Sequence record: PQ100635.1
Origin: Escherichia phage PNJ-9
Length of the DNA: 64,000 nucleotides
Direction: 5' to 3' (one strand)
In this document: one piece after another, positions 7,526-18,805 of the stretch
Layout of the letters: every line of letters starts with the position of its first letter
How positions within the stretch are numbered: position 1 is the stretch's first letter
The notes under the pieces: generated by a model
Seen by the model: the letters and a program-made list of their open reading frames with translations, nothing else
Told to the model about the DNA's origin: nothing
The model's database searches: none
Program-made: the position numbers and the translations under genes

Positions 7526-10500
7526 TGCTAAACGAACGATATAGTTAAAAGCAACGTTTTTAACTGTGTTTTCTGTATTTCCTGTGGCATTTACAGTTAT
7601 TGTATGTCCATGGGAACCGATTGCAACAGTATGAGAATGAGCACCAATACCAACAGTATGGGAGTGGGCACCAATACCCACAGTATGTGCGTGAGCGCCT
7701 GCGCTTGCAGCAGTACCAGATATAGAGTGCGAATGTGCCCCAGAAGAAGAAGTTCCAAGCGTATTACCACCACCGGCGGATCCTCTTATAGAACCAGTAC
7801 CAGGAGCGTTGTTACTTCCCGCATAAAGAGCGCTTGTGTGGCTGTGCGCACCGGCGGTGTTTGTGGAACCGCTCAAACTATGCGTATGAGCACCAGTATT
7901 ATTACTGGTCTTAGTACCATAGTCGAAACTACTTGTCGTCTTAGTACCATAGTCAAAGCTTGATGTGGTCTTAGTACCCAAATCCGTGCTTGATGCACTT
8001 GCACTATGACTATGTGACTTAACACCGTCTGCTTCTGTACTTAATACAGCACGCCCAGATGGTTTACCCTTGATAGTTTGCCCGCGCATATCAGGCAGAG
8101 AGCCGGAAGGATACACCGCAGCTAACTTAGGATACAAGCCAACATCAAATGTTTGACCTTCCATTATGGCATAACCTTCAGGAGGTGTATCAGTAGGCCA
8201 AGGAATCGGAGCACCAATTGGATAACTTGAGACAATATCCGTCTTAAGGTTATTTATTGTGGTATTCAAGTTAGCAAAATTGCCAGAACCACCGGTGATA
8301 TTACCATCAGTACCAATACGAACATTACCAGCGCCTAATTTACCAGGAGAGTAAAAATCACCGTTTTTATTAAATTCCCAACCTAAATCCTTTATAATTG
8401 CGCCAGTAGAAACGCCATCGCCACCTTCGTGATAATGAACTCTAAAGTTACCACCATTAATTAAAGTACCAATAGAATAGCAACTATTATTTTGAACGTA
8501 TCTTTGTTTCACAATAGGAACATAAGTGCTTGTATCTGTTCTATCAATATTCATATAGAAAGGAGCACGAACGTTTTCATTATTCTGGGAAGCAAATGAA
8601 CCCGCTCCGGCTGGGCGAACAGCATCAGTACATTCTGCATCGATGTACGCCGACTGACCTATCTGCATTCTGAAATTAGGAGAAATGCGACTATTACTAG
8701 TAACAACAACAAGTTTGTTATCGTTGTCCACAGTAATCATATTACCACCAGCACCATCATCGCCTAACGTAACAGAATGACGCATTTGCACCATACCATT
8801 ATTAAGGCTAATACTAAGCGGGCGGAGATTACTTATTCCACCACTTTCACCTGCATCTTTAAGTGTAGGTATAATATGCAAAGACGCTTCAGAACGACGG
8901 AAAATAGCTCCATATTCAGCATTGTAAATACGGAAAGCATCTGCGGTATTACCGATTTTAACTTGACCGGTAATAGAACCACCACCGGATAAAACAAGCC
9001 CGTTATCCATAGTAACTTGTCCGGATAATGTACTTAATCCATTAACTCTAAGACTTCCATCGGTGATAATGCTCCCTCTTGCATTCAGTTGTCCATTAAT
9101 TTGTGTTACAACAGGTCCCACAGTTTCTGAACCGGTTGGAGCTACGCGCTGAGAATAAAAATAATATCCTTGTCCGTCAGCTACTTCAAAAACTGTTTCA
9201 CGATTACGATCGCCGGATACGTTAAATGAATTACCCCATGCTTTAACAGTTACATAACTCTTATTCTGACCTGCTCGAGTACCGCCTTCCCACATGATTT
9301 GCTTAGTGCCGTCAATACCTGAAGCTGCTTTAAAAACTAGAGAAGCATTAGTTCCATCACCATTAAAATATAATCCATTATTAAGCTTTAATGTTTGAAC
9401 AGAAGCGACGGTACCATCAGCACGCAAACTTAATGTATTTGAACCAGTGCTAATATCTAAAATTCCTGGTTCAACAAGGAGACCTTGGGACATACCAACA
9501 GCCATACGACCTGTACCACGGAAATAGTGATACATTTTAGAATTACTGTTATAACCGATATGAGTCTGACCGTCACCGTTATTATTACCATCAACATCGG
9601 TACGCGCAGTAAACATTGCTTGGTTGTTATTTGGGTAATCCCAAGTAGAACCAGAATCTCGACTATAACCAACCATCAATTTTTTAGTACTGTTAATACC
9701 ATTATTAAGAATAGTGCCGGCAGAAATACCATTCGCAACCAAATCAATAACACCGTCACGAACCCATTTAACACCAGTGTCATTATCACCAATTGCAATA
9801 CCTTTACCAAATGTGGCCAAAGGATAACGCCCTTGGGAGCCGACATCGGCAAGACCTACACCTATCGAATTAGCAACAGACATACGCCCGTCGGTGGTAT
9901 AAGACCATTGATAAACTTCAGCATTGCGCCCAGTCCAATATGAAATATTCTGTGGTTTACCTGAACGAGCATCAGCAATTTCATGGAAAATAGCAGAAGA
10001 AACATGTCCGCGGAATTTACGAAGGTAGTTTATACCATTAGTATCCAAATCTGTTTCGGTTGGAGTATATTGCCAAGTCGGTAATGAAACTAAATCATAT
10101 GCAGTATCAATATTAGTGTCCCAAGATTTAGTGCTCACATTGATATTTTTGGTAATAACTTTAGGACCAATTAAAGAACCAGCTTTAGTTTCAATATTAC
10201 TTTGAGTAACTAAATATCCATTAGATACTAATAAATTTCCGGAATCAACTTGAAAATTACCATTACGGTTAAAGGTCCAATATTTCGAAGTGCCTGTTTC
10301 ATCGATATAATGCATCTTCATTGAGCCTTCATTTACCAAGGTCCCTAATGAGAAAGTACCGTCTTTATAACGCTGCTTAAACAGCGGATGGTATTCAGAA
10401 GTAGCAGTAGTAGAACTTAAGTCGGTAAAAATAGGAGCTTTATTTAGGTGTTGATTTGCCCACGCACCATTACCGGCTGTTTTAGGTAAAAATTCAATAT

Positions 10501-10759
10501 ATTTTCCTGCATAAACAAACTGATTTCCATTAAGATTATATGTGCCGTTTTGTAAATAATCACCATTTTGGGTTACATTACCGTTAATATCCCCACCCTT
10601 AGCAAAGCCTAGGCTAATAATATTACCGAGGTCATCTTTAGTAAAAAGAGTTCGATCTTTTAAGTTTATCGCTAATTCGCCTTCGGCTAATTGTGCTGCA
10701 GTAGGATTAACTCCTGCCACTTTGCTTCTTTTAAATTGTATCTGTTTTAATGTAGCCAT
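7523..10759 (-). CDS. 37: long tail fibre distal subunit gp37 (receptor-binding tip with HxH repeats)
   Basis: 1078 aa; N-terminus [13 protein letters not shown] and C-terminal His-rich tip ([30 protein letters not shown]) match T4 gp37. Confidence 0.9.
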   Translation of the reverse strand: MATLKQIQFKRSKVAGVNPTAAQLAEGELAINLKDRTLFTKDDLGNIISLGFAKGGDINGNVTQNGDYLQNGTYNLNGNQFVYAGKYIEFLPKTAGNGAWANQHLNKAPIFTDLSSTTATSEYHPLFKQRYKDGTFSLGTLVNEGSMKMHYIDETGTSKYWTFNRNGNFQVDSGNLLVSNGYLVTQSNIETKAGSLIGPKVITKNINVSTKSWDTNIDTAYDLVSLPTWQYTPTETDLDTNGINYLRKFRGHVSSAIFHEIADARSGKPQNISYWTGRNAEVYQWSYTTDGRMSVANSIGVGLADVGSQGRYPLATFGKGIAIGDNDTGVKWVRDGVIDLVANGISAGTILNNGINSTKKLMVGYSRDSGSTWDYPNNNQAMFTARTDVDGNNNGDGQTHIGYNSNSKMYHYFRGTGRMAVGMSQGLLVEPGILDISTGSNTLSLRADGTVASVQTLKLNNGLYFNGDGTNASLVFKAASGIDGTKQIMWEGGTRAGQNKSYVTVKAWGNSFNVSGDRNRETVFEVADGQGYYFYSQRVAPTGSETVGPVVTQINGQLNARGSIITDGSLRVNGLSTLSGQVTMDNGLVLSGGGSITGQVKIGNTADAFRIYNAEYGAIFRRSEASLHIIPTLKDAGESGGISNLRPLSISLNNGMVQMRHSVTLGDDGAGGNMITVDNDNKLVVVTSNSRISPNFRMQIGQSAYIDAECTDAVRPAGAGSFASQNNENVRAPFYMNIDRTDTSTYVPIVKQRYVQNNSCYSIGTLINGGNFRVHYHEGGDGVSTGAIIKDLGWEFNKNGDFYSPGKLGAGNVRIGTDGNITGGSGNFANLNTTINNLKTDIVSSYPIGAPIPWPTDTPPEGYAIMEGQTFDVGLYPKLAAVYPSGSLPDMRGQTIKGKPSGRAVLSTEADGVKSHSHSASASSTDLGTKTTSSFDYGTKTTSSFDYGTKTSNNTGAHTHSLSGSTNTAGAHSHTSALYAGSNNAPGTGSIRGSAGGGNTLGTSSSGAHSHSISGTAASAGAHAHTVGIGAHSHTVGIGAHSHTVAIGSHGHTITVNATGNTENTVKNVAFNYIVRLA
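7617..7697. repeat. 3 x 27-bp tandem coding repeat in gp37 tip (HxH units)
   Basis: Units 7617-7643, 7644-7670, 7671-7697 share ccaata...cagtatg...gtg.gc.; encode repeated VGIGAHSHT-type motifs. Confidence 0.7.
7908..7997. repeat. 3 x 30-bp tandem coding repeat in gp37 tip
   Basis: Units 7908-7937, 7938-7967, 7968-7997 each start gtcttagtacc; encode [10 protein letters not shown] repeated. Confidence 0.7.
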
Positions 10760-10767
10760 AAGTCCTC

Positions 10768-11430
10768 TTAATAATAGCCGAAATCTTGAACAGAATCTTT
10801 AATTACAATCTGGTCGAAACGAGGAACATGATTAGCCTCGGATGCCGGATTCTGTGAGAAAAAGTTTGGTGCTGTTAAAGTACCGGTCATGGTATCGCCA
10901 GAACGCAATACACGGGAATTTGCGTTATCCGTAACAATATTTATTCGTCCATCAACATAATCTTTTCTTGTGAGATCATTTGCTGCAACTGGAGCAACTG
11001 CATTAGTTCTTATTTGACCTACTGCTGTCACAACGCCTTTTGTACTAATATCACCATTACGTGCATTAATTACAACAGTTCGGTCGGCTGAACCTTGTGA
11101 TGACTTAAAACCAATACCATTCCACGAAACGATGTCAATATTTGCCATAGCAAAAGTAGCTGCATCACCGTTACCTGGATAAACACCACACTGTTGACTA
11201 CTACCTATAGTAGGAACATGTACGCCTCCGTTAAATCGAACAGTTGCGGCGTAAGTACCACCATTAGCTTTAGAAACGAAATCGTTATCAGCAGCTTGTG
11301 GTTTATTATATTCTGAATAGAGTTTAAACGTTTTATACAGGACGTCATCACCTGCTGGCATTAAAGGGAAATTACCTTGATGCCATATAACGGCACCACC
11401 AGTTGTACTACCAGCTTTTAAATCGGCCAT
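10768..11430 (-). CDS. 36: long tail fibre hinge protein gp36
   Basis: 220 aa; [21 protein letters not shown] and C-terminal [18 protein letters not shown] match T4 gp36. Confidence 0.85.
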   Translation of the reverse strand: MADLKAGSTTGGAVIWHQGNFPLMPAGDDVLYKTFKLYSEYNKPQAADNDFVSKANGGTYAATVRFNGGVHVPTIGSSQQCGVYPGNGDAATFAMANIDIVSWNGIGFKSSQGSADRTVVINARNGDISTKGVVTAVGQIRTNAVAPVAANDLTRKDYVDGRINIVTDNANSRVLRSGDTMTGTLTAPNFFSQNPASEANHVPRFDQIVIKDSVQDFGYY

Positions 11431-11454
11431 AGTTGTCTCCTTATATGTATACCA

Positions 11455-11462
11455 TATTTATA
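11455..11462 (-). promoter_or_regulatory. late promoter TATAAATA for gene 36
   Basis: Exact TATAAATA on - strand ~25 bp upstream of gene 36 start. Confidence 0.6.
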
Positions 11463-11487
11463 CAAAAATGGGAGCCTTCGGGCTCCC
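11463..11487 (-). terminator. terminator-like hairpin after gene 35
   Basis: GGGAGCC-UUCG/CGAA-GGCUCCC hairpin followed by U-run on - strand. Confidence 0.55.
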
Positions 11488-11492
11488 TAAAT

Positions 11493-12620
11493 TTATTCTG
11501 ACGCTTCTTTAAATTCTTGTCCAAATACCTTACCAGTATCAGTTGAAGATTGAGTAGGTAATGTCATTATGTCTGGGGCACTTAAAGATTCTGAAACATA
11601 ATTTACACGAATACCGTTTATACCAAACTCGGCAGGTTTTGAAACGCTTCCATTACATGATACTTCAGTGAATATAACGTTTCTTAATCCACCTTGCCCG
11701 ACTGGAGCTGTACGATAACAATAAATCGTGAACCCGTCAGCACCAGCAGGAATTTCTACGTAGTCTTCATATATCTTCCATTCACCTGCGGCCCCATCAA
11801 AGTTTGTATCCTTAAATGAAATAGGTGAAGTAGAAGGAGATTTAAAGAAACGAATAGAAAGTCGTGTCGTCCCTTGTGCTAACAAATCAGCATCGGCCAT
11901 TAGTTGGAATTTCATATAAAGGAAATCTCCAGGCTTCAATTTATACCCAGCGAGAGGTGTAATAAGGGACGTTGTAGGCATCCTTTTAATTTCATTATTA
12001 GTACCTCCAACAGCGGATAAAAATGTGTCTGACGATTCGTACGTACGACTAGGGAAGCCGGTAGCACCAATATCATTAATCGTGTCGTACACAACATCAA
12101 GTGGTGTACTATAGTCGGTTGAAGTTTTCTTATTACTATACTTAATATGTTCTAGTGCTATAGCATTCTTACCAGAAATATAAAATGCCGAATAAGAAAT
12201 GTCCACTATATTTAAAACTTGTTGAGCTAATGGAATAACAGAACTTCCAGCTTTAGTAAACCATGCGAGAACTTCAGGAGGAAAGTTTGTTTTAGCGTTA
12301 GTAACAAGAGCAAATATAAAATTAGAAGCGTATGTGTCCATGTAAGTAACGAATGCGCTTGACGTGGCGTCGTTTTCAGTAGAGAAATTATATGACTTAG
12401 ATTCAACTACTGCACCTGTTGTAGGATTTATTACACGAACGTTTAATCCAACGGAAAAAACCTGGGACCCAAGTGGATTATCTTGGAACTTAATATAAGC
12501 AGGAGATGTTGATAGCGGGCAAGAGCCCGCTATGCTTAATTTAAATCGTACTGAATTGCTTTCCGATAAAAATGGCGTTTGGACGTATCCTTGTCCAAAC
12601 TTAGCCATAAATTTTTCCAT
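11493..12620 (-). CDS. 35: long tail fibre proximal connector gp35
   Basis: 375 aa; position and length as T4 gp35 between 34 and 36. Confidence 0.85.
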   Translation of the reverse strand: MEKFMAKFGQGYVQTPFLSESNSVRFKLSIAGSCPLSTSPAYIKFQDNPLGSQVFSVGLNVRVINPTTGAVVESKSYNFSTENDATSSAFVTYMDTYASNFIFALVTNAKTNFPPEVLAWFTKAGSSVIPLAQQVLNIVDISYSAFYISGKNAIALEHIKYSNKKTSTDYSTPLDVVYDTINDIGATGFPSRTYESSDTFLSAVGGTNNEIKRMPTTSLITPLAGYKLKPGDFLYMKFQLMADADLLAQGTTRLSIRFFKSPSTSPISFKDTNFDGAAGEWKIYEDYVEIPAGADGFTIYCYRTAPVGQGGLRNVIFTEVSCNGSVSKPAEFGINGIRVNYVSESLSAPDIMTLPTQSSTDTGKVFGQEFKEASE

Positions 12621-12628
12621 AATACCTC

Positions 12629-15600
12629 TTATTCAATCCACTCAAATTTAACAGATTTATTCACAGGGTCTGGAATAATGCGGACATTACCAATCCTTAA
12701 GAAATCCCTTATTGTCAAGTTTCCGATTGTTGCATTATCAGAAGGTAAAGCTCCAATATCAGAAGGTTGAGGAGGGTTTCCACCATCAAATACCTGAACA
12801 AAACTTGACCAAGAATTTTTAGTTTTCTGCCATGTACGTGTCCAACGGGTTGTACGTGCTTCTGGAGTTGTTGGATAAGTAATCCAATCTTGGTAAAGCG
12901 AATCAAGTGTGTTACCAAACTGAGTCAATGTACCAGGAGATTTAACTTCTTCACCACGTTCTAAGTATGGAAGTCCAGTCACTTCATTAGTTTTTTCAAC
13001 CATTTTAAAATAACCTGGGAACTGGTTATAAGTAGCTGAATCATTAATATCGATTGACCAGAATCCTACAGTATCAGATGTTGGCGCACGGGTATATAAG
13101 TCAGATGTTTTAGTGCCCTGAGAACGAATTCTAGAGTTAACAGTTAAACCACCTGAATTTATAGTAGCACCTTTAGCAATAATTAATCCTTCGGCAATAG
13201 ATACTAAACCGGAGGCATTATTTATCGCGATAGGACGTAATCCATTAAAACCACCTGTCTGTTCACCTGAATTAGTTAGCAGAAAATAGGTATTAGAACC
13301 ATCATTACGAATTAAGAATCCGTAATTACCACTAATAGCTCTAAATGCGTTTGCAGACTTGCTGATGAATTCACCATTAGCAGTAACTGAACGACCGAAT
13401 GTTGCAACGCCATTCACATTCATCAAACCGGAAGCATTAATGTTTATTGGCATTACAGTACCATTAATGCTAAACGCTATATTCCCATCTTTATTACGTT
13501 GAGAATAAAAATGATTAGACGTTTCATCACCAACTTCAAATACAGTAGAACGTGTTGTATCTGATCCGCCACCAAACTGATTTCCCCAAACTCTGATAGA
13601 CATCGTCTGTGCTGGGTTGGTTCCAGTTTGAGGTCCTTTCTCAAAAATAAGTCGAGTTGCCGTTCCAGTATTAGAAATAGTTAATGTACTATTTGCCGAA
13701 ACTGAACCACCAAACGTAGCCGTACTAGATGATACAAGAGGGGCACTCAGATTCGTTTGTTGGGTTAAGGTTAGTGAACCATTAACCGTCTGTGCAATGT
13801 CCCTACGAATGAACTGAGATGAATCTAGGCCATCTAATAAATTTGCGTCAGCAGCTTTTGCTTTTAATGGCAAGTAATTTGCCAATACACGGTTTAATTC
13901 ATACGGTGATACTGCATAGCTATTTTTCTCGTATAGCTCTAAGTTTTGTGTAGAACCGACTGTATCATTACCAACGAATGTAATAGAACCGGATGAAGTT
14001 TTAACGAATCCGCGAATTGCTGTAGTAGCAGCCCATGTTGGTTCGTTCTGGACAATCCATTTTAAATTCTTAGGAGATACAGCAGTGTTCGCTGACGTTC
14101 CTGTTACAGTTTCAGCCTGAGTAGCAACCTTAATTACGCCTTCAGACGTTTCAGTGGACTTAGTCCCTAAAAGCTTTTTAGGAGTAATAAGAACATCATC
14201 TAAAGTTCCTGCATTAGATTCTGCCTGGGTCGCTACGCGAAGTGTACCACGTTGTGTTTCATTTGCTTTAGAAATATCAAGAGTATAATGGTTCCACAAG
14301 GTTCCTTCTTCAATAAGTCCGGAATCAGAATTAACACTGGTACGGTCAGAAGAATCAAAATGAGTTTTAATTTTCAGTGGAGTCGAGATACGAGTATCAT
14401 CAGTTCCAGTATCAAATTCAACTTGCGTAGCAATTTCGGCTATGCCGGATAATCCTTCCGTAGCTTTCCTATCATTTAACGTCTTAGGCGTTACTGCACG
14501 TGTATAATCAGTCCCAGCATTAGTTTCTGCTTGCGTAGCAATTTCAATTAAACCAATACGTCCATCAGTAGAAGTTTTCTTATGTAGTGTTTCAGGAGTT
14601 ACTACAGCGTGAGAGTATCCAGACTGAGATTGACCAGCAATTACTTCACTATCAACAGCTAAAATTACTGCACCTTGTTGAGCATAAGTTGCTTTATATT
14701 GGTCAAGGGCTTTAGGAGAAATAGTTAAATTATTTACGGTTTTATTATAAACGTTAGTGCCTGCAGCCCCACGAGTTTCAGCAGGAGTAGCAGAAGTAGT
14801 TGATACATATTTAACTATACCCGATAGTGTTTCGGAACCCTGACGTGCCTGTAATTTCTTAGGCGTAATAATCGTTGTGTCATCAAGACCAGCATCGGTT
14901 TCAGCCTGAGTAGCAATTTCAGCAAGACCGCGACGAGTTTCAGTTGCTGTACGCTCATTTAGTTTTTTAGGCGTAACAATAGTATCGTCCACAAATGACG
15001 CTGTGGAATTCTGGTTAACTTGTGCTGTTGTAGCAATTTTAGCGATACCACGTCGAGCTTCAGTTGCTGTACGATTTGCCAACGTTTCAGGAGTAATAGC
15101 AACTTCTTTAGCTGGAGTATTCTCTAAATCAGCATTTGCTTGCGCTTGAGTAGCAAGAGCAATAACACCTAAACGAGCTCGTGTAGCATCAGTTCCAGCA
15201 TCAACACGTTCTATCGTAGGGACATTCTGTTGCACAACCCAATAACGTGTACCAGCAACGGTGTCTTCGATATACGATAATTCTAATACAGGAACATATG
15301 AAGTAGTGCCATTGAATTCTAGTTCAGTAACAGAGACCCATTGAGCATCAGGTGGATATTCAGAACGTTTAGGGAACTGAAGCAACGCAACAGAAGAAGC
15401 AATTGTATCACCTTCGGCAGCTTTAATTTTTACTGTTTGGCCTTTACGCATGTAGTTCATTGAAATTTTAACAGTGTCACCACTCAAAATTCCGGTAGGC
15501 AGCGTAAGATTAATAGTTCCGGTTGCAGCGTTATTTGTGCCAAAAATAAGAACTTCTTCATTTGGACGAATATTTGAATCCGCACGGATAATACGAAGAC

Positions 15601-16504
15601 GCGATTTCTGGTCGCCTTCCCATATACGCCATAAACTATTCGCAGCATCAAAAACAAAAAACGCGTCAGAGTCATTTCTGCCTTCGGCAATATGAGTCCC
15701 GACTTCACCAATAGACGTTGTATCATCAAATGTTTTAACAATTGTATGATACAGCGGGTTTAATTTATCTAAATCGACTAGGCTGATTATATCACCATTG
15801 TTAGCATTACGTGGAAGTGTAATGTTGATTGGTGCTGCACTAGTAAAACGACGAACGATAAAATCATTTGCTTGTGCTTGATATGGTGCCGCAGGTGTAA
15901 CAGTGATTGATTCTTTACCGTAATCAATGATATACATCTGCCACAAACGATTACTAAACACAAACACTAGTTGTGAACGTGGTCGCGTCATTAAAACTGA
16001 ACGAACTTGTTCACCTCTAAAGTTTAAAATACTCTGCACAGACGCGTTAATCTGTACTTTAACTGTCCCGGTTCTTCCACCAATATCAGCCAAAACAACA
16101 GTATCACCATCAACCGGCGCATTTGGCAACGTGAAAACCATATCATTGCCGGCGCCAGTGTTAACCGAAATCGATTCGCCTGAAGAAAGTTGATAAGTCC
16201 CAGAAGAGACAGTTATCCATTGTGCATCGGTACGAACTGCACGCCATTGTAAAAGGTTAAATGCCCCGGAAGGAGACACGATATCGTTTATTGCTTGATA
16301 TAAACGGTTGTCATAAAGAACAACAAATCCTTTGTTATATCCACGCGTAGAATCATATACTTGAACGGTGTTTTCTTGTACCAGGAAGTCAACGTTTACG
16401 CCATCAGTACCTACTGTACGGTCGGCTAATGCTACGTTAACAATCTTGTCGCCACCGGCGTCCAGACCGTCTTCGGCTCTGAACTTACGTTTGATGTCGG
16501 CCAT
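12629..16504 (-). CDS. 34: long tail fibre proximal subunit gp34
   Basis: 1291 aa; N-terminus MA.IKR.FRAEDGLDAGGDKI.NVALADRTVGTDGVNVD matches T4 gp34. Confidence 0.9.
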   Translation of the reverse strand: MADIKRKFRAEDGLDAGGDKIVNVALADRTVGTDGVNVDFLVQENTVQVYDSTRGYNKGFVVLYDNRLYQAINDIVSPSGAFNLLQWRAVRTDAQWITVSSGTYQLSSGESISVNTGAGNDMVFTLPNAPVDGDTVVLADIGGRTGTVKVQINASVQSILNFRGEQVRSVLMTRPRSQLVFVFSNRLWQMYIIDYGKESITVTPAAPYQAQANDFIVRRFTSAAPINITLPRNANNGDIISLVDLDKLNPLYHTIVKTFDDTTSIGEVGTHIAEGRNDSDAFFVFDAANSLWRIWEGDQKSRLRIIRADSNIRPNEEVLIFGTNNAATGTINLTLPTGILSGDTVKISMNYMRKGQTVKIKAAEGDTIASSVALLQFPKRSEYPPDAQWVSVTELEFNGTTSYVPVLELSYIEDTVAGTRYWVVQQNVPTIERVDAGTDATRARLGVIALATQAQANADLENTPAKEVAITPETLANRTATEARRGIAKIATTAQVNQNSTASFVDDTIVTPKKLNERTATETRRGLAEIATQAETDAGLDDTTIITPKKLQARQGSETLSGIVKYVSTTSATPAETRGAAGTNVYNKTVNNLTISPKALDQYKATYAQQGAVILAVDSEVIAGQSQSGYSHAVVTPETLHKKTSTDGRIGLIEIATQAETNAGTDYTRAVTPKTLNDRKATEGLSGIAEIATQVEFDTGTDDTRISTPLKIKTHFDSSDRTSVNSDSGLIEEGTLWNHYTLDISKANETQRGTLRVATQAESNAGTLDDVLITPKKLLGTKSTETSEGVIKVATQAETVTGTSANTAVSPKNLKWIVQNEPTWAATTAIRGFVKTSSGSITFVGNDTVGSTQNLELYEKNSYAVSPYELNRVLANYLPLKAKAADANLLDGLDSSQFIRRDIAQTVNGSLTLTQQTNLSAPLVSSSTATFGGSVSANSTLTISNTGTATRLIFEKGPQTGTNPAQTMSIRVWGNQFGGGSDTTRSTVFEVGDETSNHFYSQRNKDGNIAFSINGTVMPININASGLMNVNGVATFGRSVTANGEFISKSANAFRAISGNYGFLIRNDGSNTYFLLTNSGEQTGGFNGLRPIAINNASGLVSIAEGLIIAKGATINSGGLTVNSRIRSQGTKTSDLYTRAPTSDTVGFWSIDINDSATYNQFPGYFKMVEKTNEVTGLPYLERGEEVKSPGTLTQFGNTLDSLYQDWITYPTTPEARTTRWTRTWQKTKNSWSSFVQVFDGGNPPQPSDIGALPSDNATIGNLTIRDFLRIGNVRIIPDPVNKSVKFEWIE

Positions 16505-16534
16505 TCGTTTTTCCTTTATTGTTTCAATAATACT

Positions 16535-16542
16535 TATTTATA
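16535..16542 (-). promoter_or_regulatory. late promoter TATAAATA for gene 34
   Basis: Exact TATAAATA on - strand ~30 bp upstream of gene 34 start; divergent from rnh promoter. Confidence 0.6.
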
Positions 16543-16545
16543 CCA

Positions 16546-16580
16546 GTTTACGCTTTCAAATGAGTATGTTACTATAGACA
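16546..16580 (+). promoter_or_regulatory. early/middle promoter upstream of rnh
   Basis: GTTTAC 16546-16551 (overlapping MotA-box-like GCTTTCA) and TACTATAGA -10 region. Confidence 0.5.
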
Positions 16581-16607
16581 AGTTGACTAACTGAACAAGA
16601 GGTTCAT

Positions 16608-17525
16608 ATGGATTTAGAAATGATGTTGGATGAAGATTACAAAGAAGGTATTGCACTTGCCGACTTTAGTAACATTGCATTGGCCGCCGCATTAAACAAC
16701 TTTGAAGACGGCGATAAAATTACTGTTCCGATGGTTCGCCATGTAATCTTGAATTCAATTCGTAAAAACGTAGTGATGTTCCGTAAGCAAGGCTATACAA
16801 AATTTGTATTGTGTATGGATAATGCTACTTCAGGTTATTGGCGTCGTGATTTTGCTTACTACTACAAGAAAAATCGTAAAACCGATCGTGAAGCTTCAAA
16901 GTGGGATTGGGAAGGATATTTTACTGCACTCCATCAAGTTGTTGATGAGATTAAGAAATACATGCCATACGTTGTAATGGATATTGACAAGTATGAAGCA
17001 GATGACCATATCGGTGTATTAACTAAATATTTGTCATTAGCTGGACATAAGGTGTGTATTGTTGCATCAGATGGTGACTTTACACAATTACACAAATATC
17101 CTAACGTTAAACAGTGGTCACCACCACAGAAAAAATGGGTTAAAATTAAGAACGGTTCTGCTGAAATTGATTGCATGACTAAAATTCTTAAAGGTGACCG
17201 TAAAGACGGCGTTGCATCTGTTCGAGTTCGTGGCGACTTCTGGTTTACCAGAGTTGATGGTGAACGAACTCCGAGCATGAAAACAACGATTATTGAAGCA
17301 ATTGCCAATGACCGTTCTCAAGCTGAAGTATTATTAAGTGCAGAAGAATATAAACGGTATCAAGAAAATTTGGTTCTCATTGATTTTGATTATATCCCTG
17401 ATAATATTGCTTCAACCATTATAGAGTATTATAACTCATATAAACCACAACCTAAAGGCAAGATTTATTCATACTTTGTAAAATCTGGTCTTTCTAAATT
17501 AACAAGTGTAATTAATGAATTCTGA
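16608..17525 (+). CDS. rnh: RNase H (5'-3' exonuclease, FEN-1 family)
   Basis: 305 aa; matches T4 RNase H length and position. Confidence 0.9.
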   Translation: MDLEMMLDEDYKEGIALADFSNIALAAALNNFEDGDKITVPMVRHVILNSIRKNVVMFRKQGYTKFVLCMDNATSGYWRRDFAYYYKKNRKTDREASKWDWEGYFTALHQVVDEIKKYMPYVVMDIDKYEADDHIGVLTKYLSLAGHKVCIVASDGDFTQLHKYPNVKQWSPPQKKWVKIKNGSAEIDCMTKILKGDRKDGVASVRVRGDFWFTRVDGERTPSMKTTIIEAIANDRSQAEVLLSAEEYKRYQENLVLIDFDYIPDNIASTIIEYYNSYKPQPKGKIYSYFVKSGLSKLTSVINEF

Positions 17526-17532
17526 GGTAAAC

Positions 17533-17802
17533 ATGGCTAAGAAAGAAGCAGTTGAATTTAATCAAGATGTGCATGGTGAAGAACTGGCTAAACTAGTCAA
17601 GGAAGCTTCCGATAACAAACTTAAAATTTCTGGTTATAATGAACTGATTAAAGACATTCGTACTCGTGCTAAAGAAGAGCTTGGCGTCGATGGAAAAATG
17701 TTTAATCGTTTGTTAGCTCTTTATCATAAAGACGCTCGTGATCAATTTGAAGCTGAAAACGAAGAGGTAGTCGAGCTTTATGACACAGTTTTCACTAAGT
17801 GA
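17533..17802 (+). CDS. dsbA: dsDNA-binding protein DsbA
   Basis: 89 aa from ATG 17533 (GAGG RBS); MAKKE.VEF....HGE.LAK.IKEASD.KLKISGYNELIKDIR matches T4 DsbA. Confidence 0.85.
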   Translation: MAKKEAVEFNQDVHGEELAKLVKEASDNKLKISGYNELIKDIRTRAKEELGVDGKMFNRLLALYHKDARDQFEAENEEVVELYDTVFTK

Positions 17803-18118
17803 TATTAAACCGGTTGATGAGGCCGGTTTATCTGAACAAGAATTAGCAGTAAAACACGATAAAGATGATATCGCTAAATTGCTTGACCGACAAGAAAACG
17901 GATTCATTATCGAATCCATGGTTGAACAATTTGGTATGTCTTATTTAGAAGCAACAACTGCTTTCTTGGAAGAAAATTCTATTCCAGAAACACAATTTGC
18001 TAAATTTATTCCTACAGGAATTGTTGAAAAAATTACAAGCGAAGCAATTGACGAAAACATGCTTCGCCCATCAGTTGCTCGTGGCGAAAAAACTAATACG
18101 TTAGATTTCTTATTATGA
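17780..18118 (+). CDS. 33: late transcription co-activator gp33
   Basis: 112 aa; MTQFSL.DI.PVDE.GLSE and C-terminal EKTNTLDFLL match T4 gp33. Confidence 0.85.
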   Translation: MTQFSLSDIKPVDEAGLSEQELAVKHDKDDIAKLLDRQENGFIIESMVEQFGMSYLEATTAFLEENSIPETQFAKFIPTGIVEKITSEAIDENMLRPSVARGEKTNTLDFLL

Positions 18119-18768
18119 TTAAAATACGCATGCCTCCTGATGGAGAACGTTATATTAATGGAAAATCGGTATATAAACTATACTTGATGTGCAAAAACCA
18201 TTTTGGTGGTCGGTATGACGTAATCAAATATAACTGGTGCATGCGTGTTTCTGATAATGCGTATCAAAAACGCCGAGATAAATATTTCTTTGAAAAACTA
18301 TCAGAGAAATATAAATTGAAGGAACTCGCCTTGATATTCATAAGCAACTTAGTTGCTAACCAAGACGCATGGATTGGTGAGATATCAGACGCTGATGCAT
18401 TAGTTTTCTATAGGGAATATATTGGACGTCTCAAACAAGCTAAAGAGACGTTTGCTGAAGATGTACGTAACATCTACTATTTCGGTAAGAAAGTTGAAGT
18501 TAGCGCGCTTCAAGAGATATTTGATTATAATAATAAAGTTCAGTCGAGCTACATATTTAAATTGCTACAAAGCAATATAATTTCATTTGAAACCTTCTTG
18601 TTGTTAGATTCATTTTTGAATATTATAGATAAGCACGACGAACTCACCGATAACTTAGTCTGGCAAAATTATTCTACCAAATTAAAGGCATATCGAAAAA
18701 TACTTCAAATCGATGGAAATGCTGCTAAGAAATTGTTCATAGAAACAATCAAATCATGTAAGTATTAA
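18115..18768 (+). CDS. 59: helicase loader gp59
   Basis: 217 aa; MIK.RMP..GERYI.GKSVYKLYLM...YNWCMRVSD.AYQKRRDKYFF matches T4 gp59. Confidence 0.9.
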   Translation: MIKIRMPPDGERYINGKSVYKLYLMCKNHFGGRYDVIKYNWCMRVSDNAYQKRRDKYFFEKLSEKYKLKELALIFISNLVANQDAWIGEISDADALVFYREYIGRLKQAKETFAEDVRNIYYFGKKVEVSALQEIFDYNNKVQSSYIFKLLQSNIISFETFLLLDSFLNIIDKHDELTDNLVWQNYSTKLKAYRKILQIDGNAAKKLFIETIKSCKY

Positions 18769-18797
18769 GCTTTATTTCTTGTGTGTTAAAATTACTT

Positions 18798-18805
18798 TAT
18801 AAATA
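18798..18805 (+). promoter_or_regulatory. late promoter TATAAATA upstream of gene 32
   Basis: Exact TATAAATA ~85 bp upstream of gene 32 start. Confidence 0.5.

Noticed and set aside
7604-7963. + strand ORF (119 aa) rich in His/Ser/Thr/Cys inside gene 37
   Set aside because: It is the antisense reading of the gp37 HxH repeat region; gp37 on the - strand has strong homology and correct context, so this ORF is a mirror artefact
7617-7997. Possible CRISPR-like array suggested by regularly spaced 27-30 bp repeats
   Set aside because: Repeats are directly tandem without spacers, lie in frame inside gene 37 and encode repeated peptide motifs; no cas genes
9485-9943. + strand ORF (152 aa) and several other 60-120 aa ORFs antisense to genes 34, 37, 29, 23, nrdA, rnlA
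   Set aside because: Fully embedded antisense to well-supported long genes, no RBS or promoter context, low-complexity composition typical of antisense frames
16505-16607. ori(34)-like replication origin in the gene 34/rnh divergent promoter region
   Set aside because: A MotA-box-like element overlaps the rnh promoter, but I cannot reliably recall where the T4 gene 34 origin maps relative to the gene, so no origin call is made here
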